Below, piece by piece: positions 37,765 to 48,112 of a stretch of DNA of 64,000 nucleotides. The translations under genes and the position numbers were made by a program. The stretch's first letter is position 1, and every line of letters begins with the position of its first letter. Under the pieces are notes generated by a model that had not been told where the DNA came from, searched no databases, and saw only the letters and a list, made by a program, of their open reading frames with translations. The stretch spans positions 62,001-126,000 of IMG/VR virus record IMGVR_UViG_3300020442_000005; one strand, given 5' to 3'.

Positions 37765-40215
37765 ATGAAGCTTTTTAAACAAAAAATAAGCAATGCAAAT
37801 GCGACTGCATTTGAAAACGTTCAGGCAGATATTAAACAAAAAAACGTTTCATCGGTGCTCACAAGAGGAGAACAGCAGTTTGAAGTTGAAATTGAAGCAA
37901 ACATGGCTGAGCTTATTAATAATCAAATAAATGGCATTGAAATAGTAACTAAACCAAAAGAATCAATTATCCAAAACCCTGAAACTATAAAAGATTTCAA
38001 TAAATCACTTAAAGGCTATAAGAGAAGCATGTCGTCGTCACCTCAGTCGGTATTCACGGTCGACCCGAAAGAATTATTGCCTCATGGTGACTTGGGCGAT
38101 CTGGGAAGTAGTATGATATCACCCGCCGGCGAAAATCAAGTAGTGAAAGACAATGTTCTAGAATCTCAAATGACTTTTCTAGAAAGACCTATTTCTGCAC
38201 TCAGGCCAGCTGGAAACGTAAACGTCAATGACATCGTCGATAACTTAATTAACTTTGATCGAGGCACAGAACCTTTAGCAAACACAAAATCGCTCGCTTC
38301 TCCAATAATGAGTCCGTTCAAAAATCTAAACTTAAATAAGCCTACAATTAAATCCGAAACAGAAAGTTTTGTGCCAAAAGTCACAAAGAAAAAAATAACT
38401 GTGACCGCACCCATGGGTTTTGTACCGGAGGTACGCTTAAAAAACCCTTCAGGCCGCTCTTTAGGAAACGTGAAGAAAAATGCAAAATTAGTTAAAACAA
38501 ATGCAGGACGTTCTTCATATGTAAAAAACTATAATTATTTTTCAACACTTGCAAAAGAACGAAAAATATTTACTATTTCATTTAGTCACAAAGATAACAT
38601 AGATTATTTGCATATAAACTCGACACATAACGGTATGATAGATAGCTATAGAGTGCTAGCACGTAGCTTATCACGTACACCCGAAATCGACTCGAACTAT
38701 GATCTTGGAGTGTTTAGTAAAGGTCAATCAAAGGCAATAAATCTTACTAATGCGCCGTTTGATTTTTCAAAAAAAATCATGTTTCATATTATTCCAATTA
38801 TAGACGGAATTGAAATATGCCATTCTCAAACAGCCGTGAATGAGGGTTTTTTCGATGAATATAACACTACAGCGTGCGGCATGCAGTTTAACTCAGAGGC
38901 AGTAAGATTCTATATAGCAAACATCCCATGCGACGCTACACAGATATTTGCCGTACGAACTAACACGCTCTCCGGGCAAACCCAAAGATTATCAAATTTA
39001 AATATTGACATGTCAGGCGGCGTAAGAAAAACTAGTGAAAACAAAACCAATGATATAGTATTAACGTATGATGATTCAAGAATTTCGGATATTAACACAG
39101 TGTATGCTTACGATTTCTTTGCAGTCAACCGCTATGGAATTGAAAAACACTTGTTTCAAAAAACAGTGCGTACATATGAGAAAGATTTAAATGGCCACGT
39201 TTTTAAATTAGCTGAAATGTCTCAGAATCGAAATGGAACGCCAAAATTTAAAGTTTCCTTGACGTATCCAAATCCTTTTATACCAAAGGACATTAATTAT
39301 TCTCTCAGTAATCCATCTGATGATTTTTACGAAGCATGCAGAAACAATAAGCGAGTTTGTACATTAAAAATCACTAGACATTCTTCAATGGGCGTTTCGG
39401 AAAATTTTGGAATTTACGTTTTGAACCCGGGTGAGTTAAATACTCTTGAAGCAAATATTGACAAGTATGGTAATTTTGAAGCAGAATTTGAAATAGATAC
39501 AGCATTTTTGCAAAACGCTGGCGTGGCATCTTCAACAAGCAGCACACAGAATTACTATTACGAGTTTCGAATGGGTAGTTATTTACTGGCCAACGAACTA
39601 TCATTTTTAGAAGAGCCATTAAAACTTGAAGTACCAAATGAATTTACCGATGGAAAAACCGGTTACAGCTTTCATCCATACGTTTACAACTCACCATCTA
39701 GAAAAGATTATGGCCTGTTGGGAAATATTACATCTTCTCGTAATTTCTTATATGAAGAGTCTTTAAACTCGAAAACAAAAGTCTTTGTACAAAATGCAGA
39801 ACCAAAATATAAAGGCAATAAAAGTGGTAAATTTAGAGCCAGTCTGGAAAGAGTGGGCACGAATGATCACTGTATAGTGTTACAGATGAGAATCGATGAA
39901 AATCTTATAAGGCTAGCTGATCATTTTGAGCTTTTAGTTGGAGACTCAACAACTGGTGAGTTTCGATCGCTAGGAAAAAACAAGTTAGTTAATTCTCAAT
40001 TTTACTACATCGATGCATCAAGTGCCGATCTTGCATGTAATAAACTAAAATACAAATTAATTGCTAGATCGATGGGATTTGAAAATATTACTTCTTTTGA
40101 GACAGACCTTATAGATATTTCGTCGACCAATGTTTTGAAAAGACGCGATGAGAGGGCAACACTTGGCGCGATTGGCCTTAATAGACAAGATAAGTTTAGA
40201 GGTATTATAAGATGA
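37765..40215 (+). CDS. Hypothetical large protein, probably virion-associated
   Basis: 816-aa ORF coupled to its neighbours. Beta-rich C-terminal half (Y.Y.F.AVN.YG, Fn3-like). Confidence 0.55.
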   Translation: MKLFKQKISNANATAFENVQADIKQKNVSSVLTRGEQQFEVEIEANMAELINNQINGIEIVTKPKESIIQNPETIKDFNKSLKGYKRSMSSSPQSVFTVDPKELLPHGDLGDLGSSMISPAGENQVVKDNVLESQMTFLERPISALRPAGNVNVNDIVDNLINFDRGTEPLANTKSLASPIMSPFKNLNLNKPTIKSETESFVPKVTKKKITVTAPMGFVPEVRLKNPSGRSLGNVKKNAKLVKTNAGRSSYVKNYNYFSTLAKERKIFTISFSHKDNIDYLHINSTHNGMIDSYRVLARSLSRTPEIDSNYDLGVFSKGQSKAINLTNAPFDFSKKIMFHIIPIIDGIEICHSQTAVNEGFFDEYNTTACGMQFNSEAVRFYIANIPCDATQIFAVRTNTLSGQTQRLSNLNIDMSGGVRKTSENKTNDIVLTYDDSRISDINTVYAYDFFAVNRYGIEKHLFQKTVRTYEKDLNGHVFKLAEMSQNRNGTPKFKVSLTYPNPFIPKDINYSLSNPSDDFYEACRNNKRVCTLKITRHSSMGVSENFGIYVLNPGELNTLEANIDKYGNFEAEFEIDTAFLQNAGVASSTSSTQNYYYEFRMGSYLLANELSFLEEPLKLEVPNEFTDGKTGYSFHPYVYNSPSRKDYGLLGNITSSRNFLYEESLNSKTKVFVQNAEPKYKGNKSGKFRASLERVGTNDHCIVLQMRIDENLIRLADHFELLVGDSTTGEFRSLGKNKLVNSQFYYIDASSADLACNKLKYKLIARSMGFENITSFETDLIDISSTNVLKRRDERATLGAIGLNRQDKFRGIIR

Positions 40216-43200
40216 ATGTGTTCGGAAACAACAACGCCGGCCCAAACGGTCAATTTGGCAATCAGGCATCTGGTGGTCCTCCAAGACCGTCTACTTTAGC
40301 CCCAACAAATCCAGCTATATCACTAGGTGTGGCTGTTAACAGCGCAAACGCCGAATCCACTCCGACTTCAGATGTAGGCGATAATGATCCCACCGGGTGG
40401 CTTGGCTGGATAAACGCCCTTGACCATGCAGAAAACAACCTAGGTTTAAGCGATGTAAACGCACGAACTGGCAACGCATGGGCGCAACAGTTTCCAGATA
40501 ACCCAAAAGGATTTCAGGACAAATATTATTTCTTTGCTGTTAGTAACCCAAGCTTCACTGTGGCATATATTTCAGATTCGGCGAATGCTGCAACTCCGCA
40601 ATTTTCGTTGAATAACACGAGCATAATGCAAATTGTGTATCGAGCAGACTCTTCGATTACGAATATTCAGACCGGTGAATCAAGTACAGATACCGGGAGC
40701 AACAGCAACAACGATGCCACCGAAGCATCCGAAGGGAATACAACCACTCCTGAGACGTTGAGTTCGGAGTCAAGAGAGCCAAATGGCTCTGTACGCGACA
40801 GAACCTCTAGAGAAATCTATCGTGAAGACTTCAACGAGATCGATCCAACTAGATTAGTCTCGATTACTTCAGAGGGATTAAATAACTTTGTTTCTTCTGA
40901 TAATGTTAGATTTGACTTAAATTCGTCAAATGTATTTGCAGACTCACTTGAGGCTAACGATGCATCAAGTTCCCTAATCACTGATTCTTATAGCCCTATC
41001 GAGAAAGAGGGCATATCTGTAAACAGGCCAAAAATATTGGCAGCCTCTGATTATGACTTAATTGGGGACCAGGAAAGTAAATCTGTTCTCGCCTCGAGTT
41101 TAAATTACAGTATTGGGCAGCATCGGGCTTTGACAAATTTTTACAATAATATCTTGTTTCCAGAAATTAATTTACTTACTGATCTTGAAGATGCTTACGA
41201 ATTAAAAAAGAATCGACTATTAAAATCAATCGAATTTATTAAAGAAATAGATCAATATAAAGCTAGCTTTATTAATACTGTCACTGATTTTGATTCATAT
41301 GGGCTTCAAACCTTGGGTTTCACTCCGGGTTTAAACGCAACGGTAGCAATAAGACAGGCCTTTTATGACTTATCGGCATATATTGAGATCGGCGGATATT
41401 TTCTTGCAAATAGCTTAAACGGAGTATACGAGACTCCAACTGGACTTTCCTCAAATGAGGGTTATAGTCCGAGAATTATAGACAACGATTTTGACGGTTC
41501 GTATCGAATGCAAACCTCGACGTCTTGGATCCACTCTGCAACTGGTATATTACATGATAACTTTGGCTTATATCAAAAGCAATTTGCAAATCGCGACAGT
41601 TATGGAGACTACAAGATATACAGTAACATTTCTGGTTTCAACAGTCAGAGGTTTATGAGCGACCCCAACTTCCGGTCAACTAAATTTTATGACGCAATTG
41701 AGCAGGATTGGACGGACCTTTTAGACTATACGGCAGAGCAATTTCGGGACTCTCCCTCTGCCATGGCAGCGCATTTCGCCCAGGGTCTTTACGTCAACAT
41801 GTTTAAATCGTATGTGGTTAACACAAATTCATTGGCCAATGCGCCTGACCTGGGAGAAGAATATTTTAGCGAAGAAACCTTATTGTTGCAAATTTTAGGC
41901 GACGCAATTGATGTAAAAAATGATGTAAAATCTTTGACAGAGCTTGATAATACAAAAAAACTTGCGCAGTTATTGCGATATAACCAGGATGGAAAAACAA
42001 TATATCCGTTCGAAAGGCCAAACGCAAATTTTTCTGGAGACACATCAGATTCTGTTTCTGGAATAGAACAGTGGTTTGACGCAAATATTGGAAATATTAT
42101 AGAAGGTCGTGAAACTGATTTTCGAGGGTTGGATAACTTTTCAAAGCTTTTTAATGACATAATTAATAAAACTGAGAACAAGTTAAACTCGGTTGTTCTT
42201 CGTGGTCACGGGCAAATTATTTTTAATGAAATTGTAAGGGTCCTTAAAAAAGTGTATGACGGTACACTTGATGACTTAAAACATCATCAACCTGGGTTAA
42301 GTAATATTTCTGCAGCGTGCAAATACGTGTTTAGCGACTACAGCCCGGCAGCACCAAGCTATCGAGTGGAAGACGTACTAGAGAGTGTCAATTTCGAAGT
42401 GATGGAAGCAATAGATGAGGGTCTTGTAATAGTAAATGAGTCACGAGAAGTAGAGAAAGTTAACAACATTATTCTCAAAGATACGGTTCAAAATGGCCTA
42501 CAGACGGTACAGGAGACTATGGCCTATGGTCAATCAGTTCAAGAAGATTTTAATTATTATGTTCAAAGCTATGTTGACGGGCCTGGCGGATACATGGCCG
42601 GTGAACCGCAAAATGGCGAAGAATTTGTCGATACAGACAGCTTCTTTGAAGGTTTGTATACTGGAATGGACGTGGAAGGATTTTCACACGGATTCGGCTA
42701 TGGGGCACAGGACGCGGGAGTAGATTTAGCTTCGCAGTTTAATGCTATCGGAGAGCCTGCTTATACTTCGGCTGGAGGAGGGTCTCACTTAACTAACCCA
42801 GCAAACAGCGGAAACGGCCTAATGGGGCAACAGCTAACAACACCGGTGCAAGTCAATTCAATGAGACCAAACATGTATGGAATGATGAATACTGACGCTG
42901 GTGGTGGTGAGTACGCGTTTGTTGGGCAATTTTACGGAGACGACGGACAGCAACTCCCCTATAATGAAATAGCCGAACAAGGTCTTATCGATGCAGAAAT
43001 GTCGGCTGGAATATTGGCGAGAAAGGAAGAAGTGTTTCGAAAGCTTCTTTTCTTTATTGAGATGTTTGCAAGTGTTGTCGATGAGTCACAAGATATATTT
43101 TGGAATCTTGCATATAACTCGGTTCAAGCCCAGCTCGAGTTACACCCTTCAGCACCAGGACACGGTACTGACCATCGTCGATATCATCAGTATAATCAGA

Positions 43201-45614
43201 TTATGAGTAAATCGTATCCTTACAATAACTTTGATAGCAGTGTAGGTTTATACAGTCACATGCTCATGATGATAAACAGCTTTTGTGCCGAGGTAGAAAA
43301 AAACATCGCTTATGATATTGCGGTTAGTGCAAACGAATATGGAATTACAAAAAGAACTCCAGGTGAATATTCAGACGCAACCGCGGTCGGCGTACTTGGA
43401 ACTATTTTTAATAATACAAACATAGGACTTATTTATGGCCGATCAACTGATGCTCAATTCTTAGACGACAACGATGCAGAATCCTTGTTTCTTGCCGGGC
43501 ACAAATCTTCTAAAGGAGACGATCCGGAAGGCCAAGCTTTAACGCATGTTTATATGCGCGCGCTAATAATGGAGATTACAGGTCAGGCATGCAAGGCTTT
43601 CAAAAACAATATTCGCATTGGAACTAAAAGGCTAGTTGGGTTATCTCCGCAACCAAACGACTCTGCAACAACGAATGATACATATGTAACTGTTAACACA
43701 AGCATTGACAGAATTATGCTTGAGGCAGAGGTTGCAAAACTTTTCCTGCCTATAGTTGACAATGTAGATCCAAAAAAAGGTCCGGTGCGGTGGCAAATAA
43801 ATTACGGTGACTGGAGCTCAGCTGGTATCGAGCTTGAGAATCAAACGTTTGTTGAAAGATTTGTTATTTCACGTGGGGTTGAAAAAACTCTTGCAGGTGA
43901 ATTCAGCATGGACGTCGAAGTAGAAGGTGTCGTAGTGCCAGCCGGTGACGTTAACGCCTTTTTAGAATCTACCGAACAAACGGGAGGATACACGTTTAAC
44001 ACCTTCGAAGCCAGACAAAATTTTATTGCGGAAACACAAGCCCAGGTACAAAGCCTAGAAGCCTCAGTAAGAGCATATTTTGGATTTTTGCTTGACAAGG
44101 ATGAAATTGTTCCCTATAATTTTATCGATAACACTGAGTTACCTATTAGCTCTTTTGCTTCCTCTCCTCAACGTGGCGCTTTGTCGACAACAATAAAGGC
44201 ATGTATATTTCACCGGGAAGATACACGAAGGCTAATGGAATACCTAAAGTCAGTATCTAGACACTATAGTCAAGCTCAAGCAAACATGGAAGGATTAGTC
44301 AAAGATCCAAACGGCGCTGAACTTTTTGATGCCGCCACATTACCGGGTATAGAAGCTAACGAAATTATAAAATACTCATCTTTAAGACAAACGTTTTTAA
44401 GATCGTTTTTAGCATCTGAAGAATCAGGCATACGATCTAATGCATATGCTCCGTCCTCAAATTTTGGGCCAGTATCCAGAAACATGGCGTCCGACGATAC
44501 ATCACTCGTCTTAAATATTAGTAGTTTAATAAATAACATGCTTCTCGATGCATCGCTTATATCTACAACAGACGAAGATTTGCAAGTGTTTTTAGGGACC
44601 GGTGCAAATAATACCAACTATGGTTCTGAAAATGCAAATTTGACAAATCGAACGCGAGATGCACATAGTTTAAAATTTGGTAGAATAATCGCAGTAGGTA
44701 TACCGGCAGGATATATTGATGCAAATAAATCGACGACGTCGCTTGATATACTAAATAGACTAGTGTGGCTCGAGCAAGAGTTCGAACCTTTAAACGGCAA
44801 ATCTTTAAATTCGCTTTGGCGTTGTTATTGGCCAGCATTATTTATTAATCGAGCCGAACTTATACAAAGGCTTTCCAAAGAAACAAATTGGCAAAGCTTA
44901 AAAGATAGTTTAGTATATGGTACAATCGACAAGGATACTGGTCTGTATGTTGTAAAAGATTATCAAACAATTTCTGAATATATTAACGAAAATATTTTAA
45001 ACTCACCAAAAATGAATATACCTACAGACGAAAATGATAATGTAATAACTAGTATGCCAACAGCTGATCATATAATTTTCAACCACGTGTTGGATGCTTT
45101 ACTTAAACTCTATTTAGATTTTTATGCTGGATTAAATTTTGCTGAATCTTCTTTTTCTGTAAATCTACAATCAAATATTTTGTACGTTGATCAAAAATGT
45201 ATTGACAACATCGATTTACTACTTAGAGAGTGTGGAATAGAATCTCAAGAAAATATATTAGATGAGAATAAAATACGTTCATTTAAGGATTTTTACTATA
45301 GGCAAACAATTGATTCGGACAGTGAAGTCGCATATGACAAATATGCGAAGTTTGTGTCAATTACTCAGTCCAGATTGTTCTCGGCCGATCAAATGACGAC
45401 GATGGCTTTAGTACCAAACATATTTGATAGAACCTTTTGTTTTTGGAGCCATATGTCTCAGGTATCAGAAAACATTGCAACCGAGACAAATAACATTGAA
45501 TTGTCCTTCTACGATATATCTGATGACGGTACCGTTGATGAGACTGGTAATTCTCAAAACTCAATGCATAATGACTTTAATTCTCAGGTTACTTTCAGGA
45601 GTTATTCATCATGA
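40212..45614 (+). CDS. Very large hypothetical protein (1800 aa), probably virion-associated
   Basis: Uninterrupted ORF with a low-complexity N-terminus and an acidic, mixed helical body. No motif recognised. Confidence 0.6.
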   Translation: MNVFGNNNAGPNGQFGNQASGGPPRPSTLAPTNPAISLGVAVNSANAESTPTSDVGDNDPTGWLGWINALDHAENNLGLSDVNARTGNAWAQQFPDNPKGFQDKYYFFAVSNPSFTVAYISDSANAATPQFSLNNTSIMQIVYRADSSITNIQTGESSTDTGSNSNNDATEASEGNTTTPETLSSESREPNGSVRDRTSREIYREDFNEIDPTRLVSITSEGLNNFVSSDNVRFDLNSSNVFADSLEANDASSSLITDSYSPIEKEGISVNRPKILAASDYDLIGDQESKSVLASSLNYSIGQHRALTNFYNNILFPEINLLTDLEDAYELKKNRLLKSIEFIKEIDQYKASFINTVTDFDSYGLQTLGFTPGLNATVAIRQAFYDLSAYIEIGGYFLANSLNGVYETPTGLSSNEGYSPRIIDNDFDGSYRMQTSTSWIHSATGILHDNFGLYQKQFANRDSYGDYKIYSNISGFNSQRFMSDPNFRSTKFYDAIEQDWTDLLDYTAEQFRDSPSAMAAHFAQGLYVNMFKSYVVNTNSLANAPDLGEEYFSEETLLLQILGDAIDVKNDVKSLTELDNTKKLAQLLRYNQDGKTIYPFERPNANFSGDTSDSVSGIEQWFDANIGNIIEGRETDFRGLDNFSKLFNDIINKTENKLNSVVLRGHGQIIFNEIVRVLKKVYDGTLDDLKHHQPGLSNISAACKYVFSDYSPAAPSYRVEDVLESVNFEVMEAIDEGLVIVNESREVEKVNNIILKDTVQNGLQTVQETMAYGQSVQEDFNYYVQSYVDGPGGYMAGEPQNGEEFVDTDSFFEGLYTGMDVEGFSHGFGYGAQDAGVDLASQFNAIGEPAYTSAGGGSHLTNPANSGNGLMGQQLTTPVQVNSMRPNMYGMMNTDAGGGEYAFVGQFYGDDGQQLPYNEIAEQGLIDAEMSAGILARKEEVFRKLLFFIEMFASVVDESQDIFWNLAYNSVQAQLELHPSAPGHGTDHRRYHQYNQIMSKSYPYNNFDSSVGLYSHMLMMINSFCAEVEKNIAYDIAVSANEYGITKRTPGEYSDATAVGVLGTIFNNTNIGLIYGRSTDAQFLDDNDAESLFLAGHKSSKGDDPEGQALTHVYMRALIMEITGQACKAFKNNIRIGTKRLVGLSPQPNDSATTNDTYVTVNTSIDRIMLEAEVAKLFLPIVDNVDPKKGPVRWQINYGDWSSAGIELENQTFVERFVISRGVEKTLAGEFSMDVEVEGVVVPAGDVNAFLESTEQTGGYTFNTFEARQNFIAETQAQVQSLEASVRAYFGFLLDKDEIVPYNFIDNTELPISSFASSPQRGALSTTIKACIFHREDTRRLMEYLKSVSRHYSQAQANMEGLVKDPNGAELFDAATLPGIEANEIIKYSSLRQTFLRSFLASEESGIRSNAYAPSSNFGPVSRNMASDDTSLVLNISSLINNMLLDASLISTTDEDLQVFLGTGANNTNYGSENANLTNRTRDAHSLKFGRIIAVGIPAGYIDANKSTTSLDILNRLVWLEQEFEPLNGKSLNSLWRCYWPALFINRAELIQRLSKETNWQSLKDSLVYGTIDKDTGLYVVKDYQTISEYINENILNSPKMNIPTDENDNVITSMPTADHIIFNHVLDALLKLYLDFYAGLNFAESSFSVNLQSNILYVDQKCIDNIDLLLRECGIESQENILDENKIRSFKDFYYRQTIDSDSEVAYDKYAKFVSITQSRLFSADQMTTMALVPNIFDRTFCFWSHMSQVSENIATETNNIELSFYDISDDGTVDETGNSQNSMHNDFNSQVTFRSYSS

Positions 45615-47326
45615 GCAGCTTACCATCCAAACCGGTAATGATATTTTCTACGCAACAGCCGAGCTTTTTGTCGGCTAAATTTGTGTATAATTATTACGAA
45701 AGAGACGAGTTTATAAACGAAGTCGACATAAGGGATCCCGATAAATTAGAGTTCCCTCCGCGTTTAATTGAACTTAATTTTTCTAAAGTAGAAAGTATTG
45801 TAGCATCAAATAACTTTGGCCAAAAATTTAACTCACATATCAACGAAATTATCACTCAAAAAGACAAGATCACAAGCGAACTTCTTTTGCAGTCTGCCGG
45901 GTTTGTAAAATATACTAGCGATACAGAAAGAGATTATTCTTTTTACCATACCTCTGATCTTGGATCCTCAGAAAACAAAAGCAAAATATCTGCATTTTTT
46001 GAAAATGCTTCAACAGCAGACGGTCAGCAGTTTGCAGACACGCCTGAAAACATGGGAATCTATTTAAATCTGACAACAAACAGGCCGACTTCAAAGTCCG
46101 CAGATATTTTTTCCCAACGCGCGAATGAAACGCTGATAGCATCTGACATATGCTTTGATTTGGTTGAAGCTTCGGCAGCAAATCCATTTTCCATACATAG
46201 TAAAAAAAATCATAACGACTTAAGGAATTTAAGAAATTTGCAGGTACGTACTCGGAGAAGAACTAATCCTGCATTAGTAAGCGTTGACGAATATGTGATG
46301 AGCGTTGATGGTTTAGATTTTGAGAACAGCGCCGATCTTTTTGCTGAGTTTGATAACACTGCCGGCATGGGAATCATTGGCTACATACTTTTTAAGAGTG
46401 AGATTGATGAGCTTGGAAACGTTATAGCGGAACTTGGATCATTCATAATTAAAGATCTGCAATCATCTTCAATCACTGATCCAAAGATTAAATATGGGGC
46501 GAGATATAAATACAATCTCCACCCGTTGTATATTGTAAAGCCAGATCCCAACGAAAGATTTTCTTTTGCAATGATTGGCGCTAGAGGAAAGTCTGTTAAA
46601 ATACGATGCGTAGAAAACGTGCCACCTCCACCTATAGAAGCAATTAAATTCTCTTATATGGGTGATGGAAACGTTAATCTAAGATGGACTAGTCCTATAC
46701 AATATGGAAACATCCCAACCCGGCCTATAGGCGATATCAAAGGATACCAGATATTTGTACGCGAAGATTATAATGCGCCTTTTAAGTTAAAAAAATATCT
46801 GACATTTAATGATATGATTGGATTAGAAAACTTTCCATTGCAAGAAAATATTCCAGAAAAATACATATCTAGATCTACAAACCACGTGACAGACTACACA
46901 ATTAACATAGAAAGAGACAGAAACTACATTGTGGCAATGTGTGCTATTGATGCGCACGGAAATTCATCAAACCTTTCGCCGCAGTATATTGTAAGACTTG
47001 ATTCAACCACTAATACAATAACGGTTGATTTTGCATCATATAAAGGCGCACCGAAACAGTATCCAAACATGTTAATGTCTGACAAAATATTTATTGATTG
47101 TATAAAGGTTTCCGGAAAAAATAAGATGACTGTAGTTTTTGACCCGGAACTCACACATGTAAATTTATCAGAAAACAACAACGATAAAGTCGACGTTGTT
47201 GCCCAGCAGCTTGAAGCCCTGCCGGCATACCGAATACAGCTTATTAACGTCACAAAACAATCAGATAAGATCGTAGATATCTTCCTAAAGAGGCAGCAGC
47301 AGAATCTTATTAATTTTGGCTCATAA
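45611..47326 (+). CDS. Virion protein with Fn3-like domains
   Basis: DPKIKYGARYKY; PPPPIEAIKF...LRWTSP...IKGYQIFVR; YIVAMCAIDAHGNSSNLS. Confidence 0.55.
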   Translation: MSSLPSKPVMIFSTQQPSFLSAKFVYNYYERDEFINEVDIRDPDKLEFPPRLIELNFSKVESIVASNNFGQKFNSHINEIITQKDKITSELLLQSAGFVKYTSDTERDYSFYHTSDLGSSENKSKISAFFENASTADGQQFADTPENMGIYLNLTTNRPTSKSADIFSQRANETLIASDICFDLVEASAANPFSIHSKKNHNDLRNLRNLQVRTRRRTNPALVSVDEYVMSVDGLDFENSADLFAEFDNTAGMGIIGYILFKSEIDELGNVIAELGSFIIKDLQSSSITDPKIKYGARYKYNLHPLYIVKPDPNERFSFAMIGARGKSVKIRCVENVPPPPIEAIKFSYMGDGNVNLRWTSPIQYGNIPTRPIGDIKGYQIFVREDYNAPFKLKKYLTFNDMIGLENFPLQENIPEKYISRSTNHVTDYTINIERDRNYIVAMCAIDAHGNSSNLSPQYIVRLDSTTNTITVDFASYKGAPKQYPNMLMSDKIFIDCIKVSGKNKMTVVFDPELTHVNLSENNNDKVDVVAQQLEALPAYRIQLINVTKQSDKIVDIFLKRQQQNLINFGS

Positions 47327-47377
47327 TTATAAAGGATATGAATTCAAATTAATTTTAACGTAAACTCAAGAAAAGAT

Positions 47378-47385
47378 ATAATTAA
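47378..47385 (+). promoter_or_regulatory. Candidate late promoter ATAATTAA (second copy ATAATTAT at 47323-47330)
   Basis: Motif copy 19 nt before the ATG, with AAGGAG SD. Confidence 0.5.
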
Positions 47386-47404
47386 TCTTGTTAAGGAGAA
47401 AAAA

Positions 47405-48100
47405 ATGGGATTTTTAGATCACAGCACAAACAATGTTATCATTGACGCAGTACTGACCGATAAAGGTCGAGAACTGCTAGCAAGAAACAATGGCACATTT
47501 AAAATTGTACACTATGGATTTGGCGACGATGAAGTTGATTATACAATTGTTAAAAAGTTTGGTCGAACAATCGGAAAAGAAAAAATAGAAAAGAACACCC
47601 CGGTTTTTGAAGGTCAGACTATCGGCGCCCTTGCACTTAAACATCCGCTGGTGACATTGTCAAATCCAACTCTTACGGTTTTTCCATCTTTAGCTGTAGC
47701 AGCTGGCTCGAGCCAAACGTTACAAAACATCGAAGGTCAAAATACATCGGTTGTTACAATTAATCAATCGATTCCCTCGAACACATCTCAAGGCGTTTCA
47801 GCTCTGCTTAGAGAGACGCAGTACAGAGTAACTCTTGATTCCAGGTTTATCACACTTGCTGGAACAAGAGCAGCGCCAAGAACAGTTCCTTTTAGTCCAA
47901 ATCTTGTATATGATATGTCAGCATCATCAGCTGGTGTCGGCGAGTCGTTATCAACACTCAGGCTTACTTTTAGAGTTGTTTCTACTGGTAGCAGCCTAAC
48001 GGCCTTTCAAGATTCGAACAACAAAGTAACAACTGTTGTTAAAGTTGATGGTCTTATTACTGGGGTCTCTACAACATTTGAAATCCAAGTTCAGTATTAA
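47405..48100 (+). CDS. Putative baseplate/tail structural protein
   Basis: MGFLD...IIDAVLTDKGRELLARN.GTFKIVHYGFGDDEVDY, then a beta-rich C-terminus. Confidence 0.6.
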   Translation: MGFLDHSTNNVIIDAVLTDKGRELLARNNGTFKIVHYGFGDDEVDYTIVKKFGRTIGKEKIEKNTPVFEGQTIGALALKHPLVTLSNPTLTVFPSLAVAAGSSQTLQNIEGQNTSVVTINQSIPSNTSQGVSALLRETQYRVTLDSRFITLAGTRAAPRTVPFSPNLVYDMSASSAGVGESLSTLRLTFRVVSTGSSLTAFQDSNNKVTTVVKVDGLITGVSTTFEIQVQY

Positions 48101-48112
48101 TAAGGAGTACCA

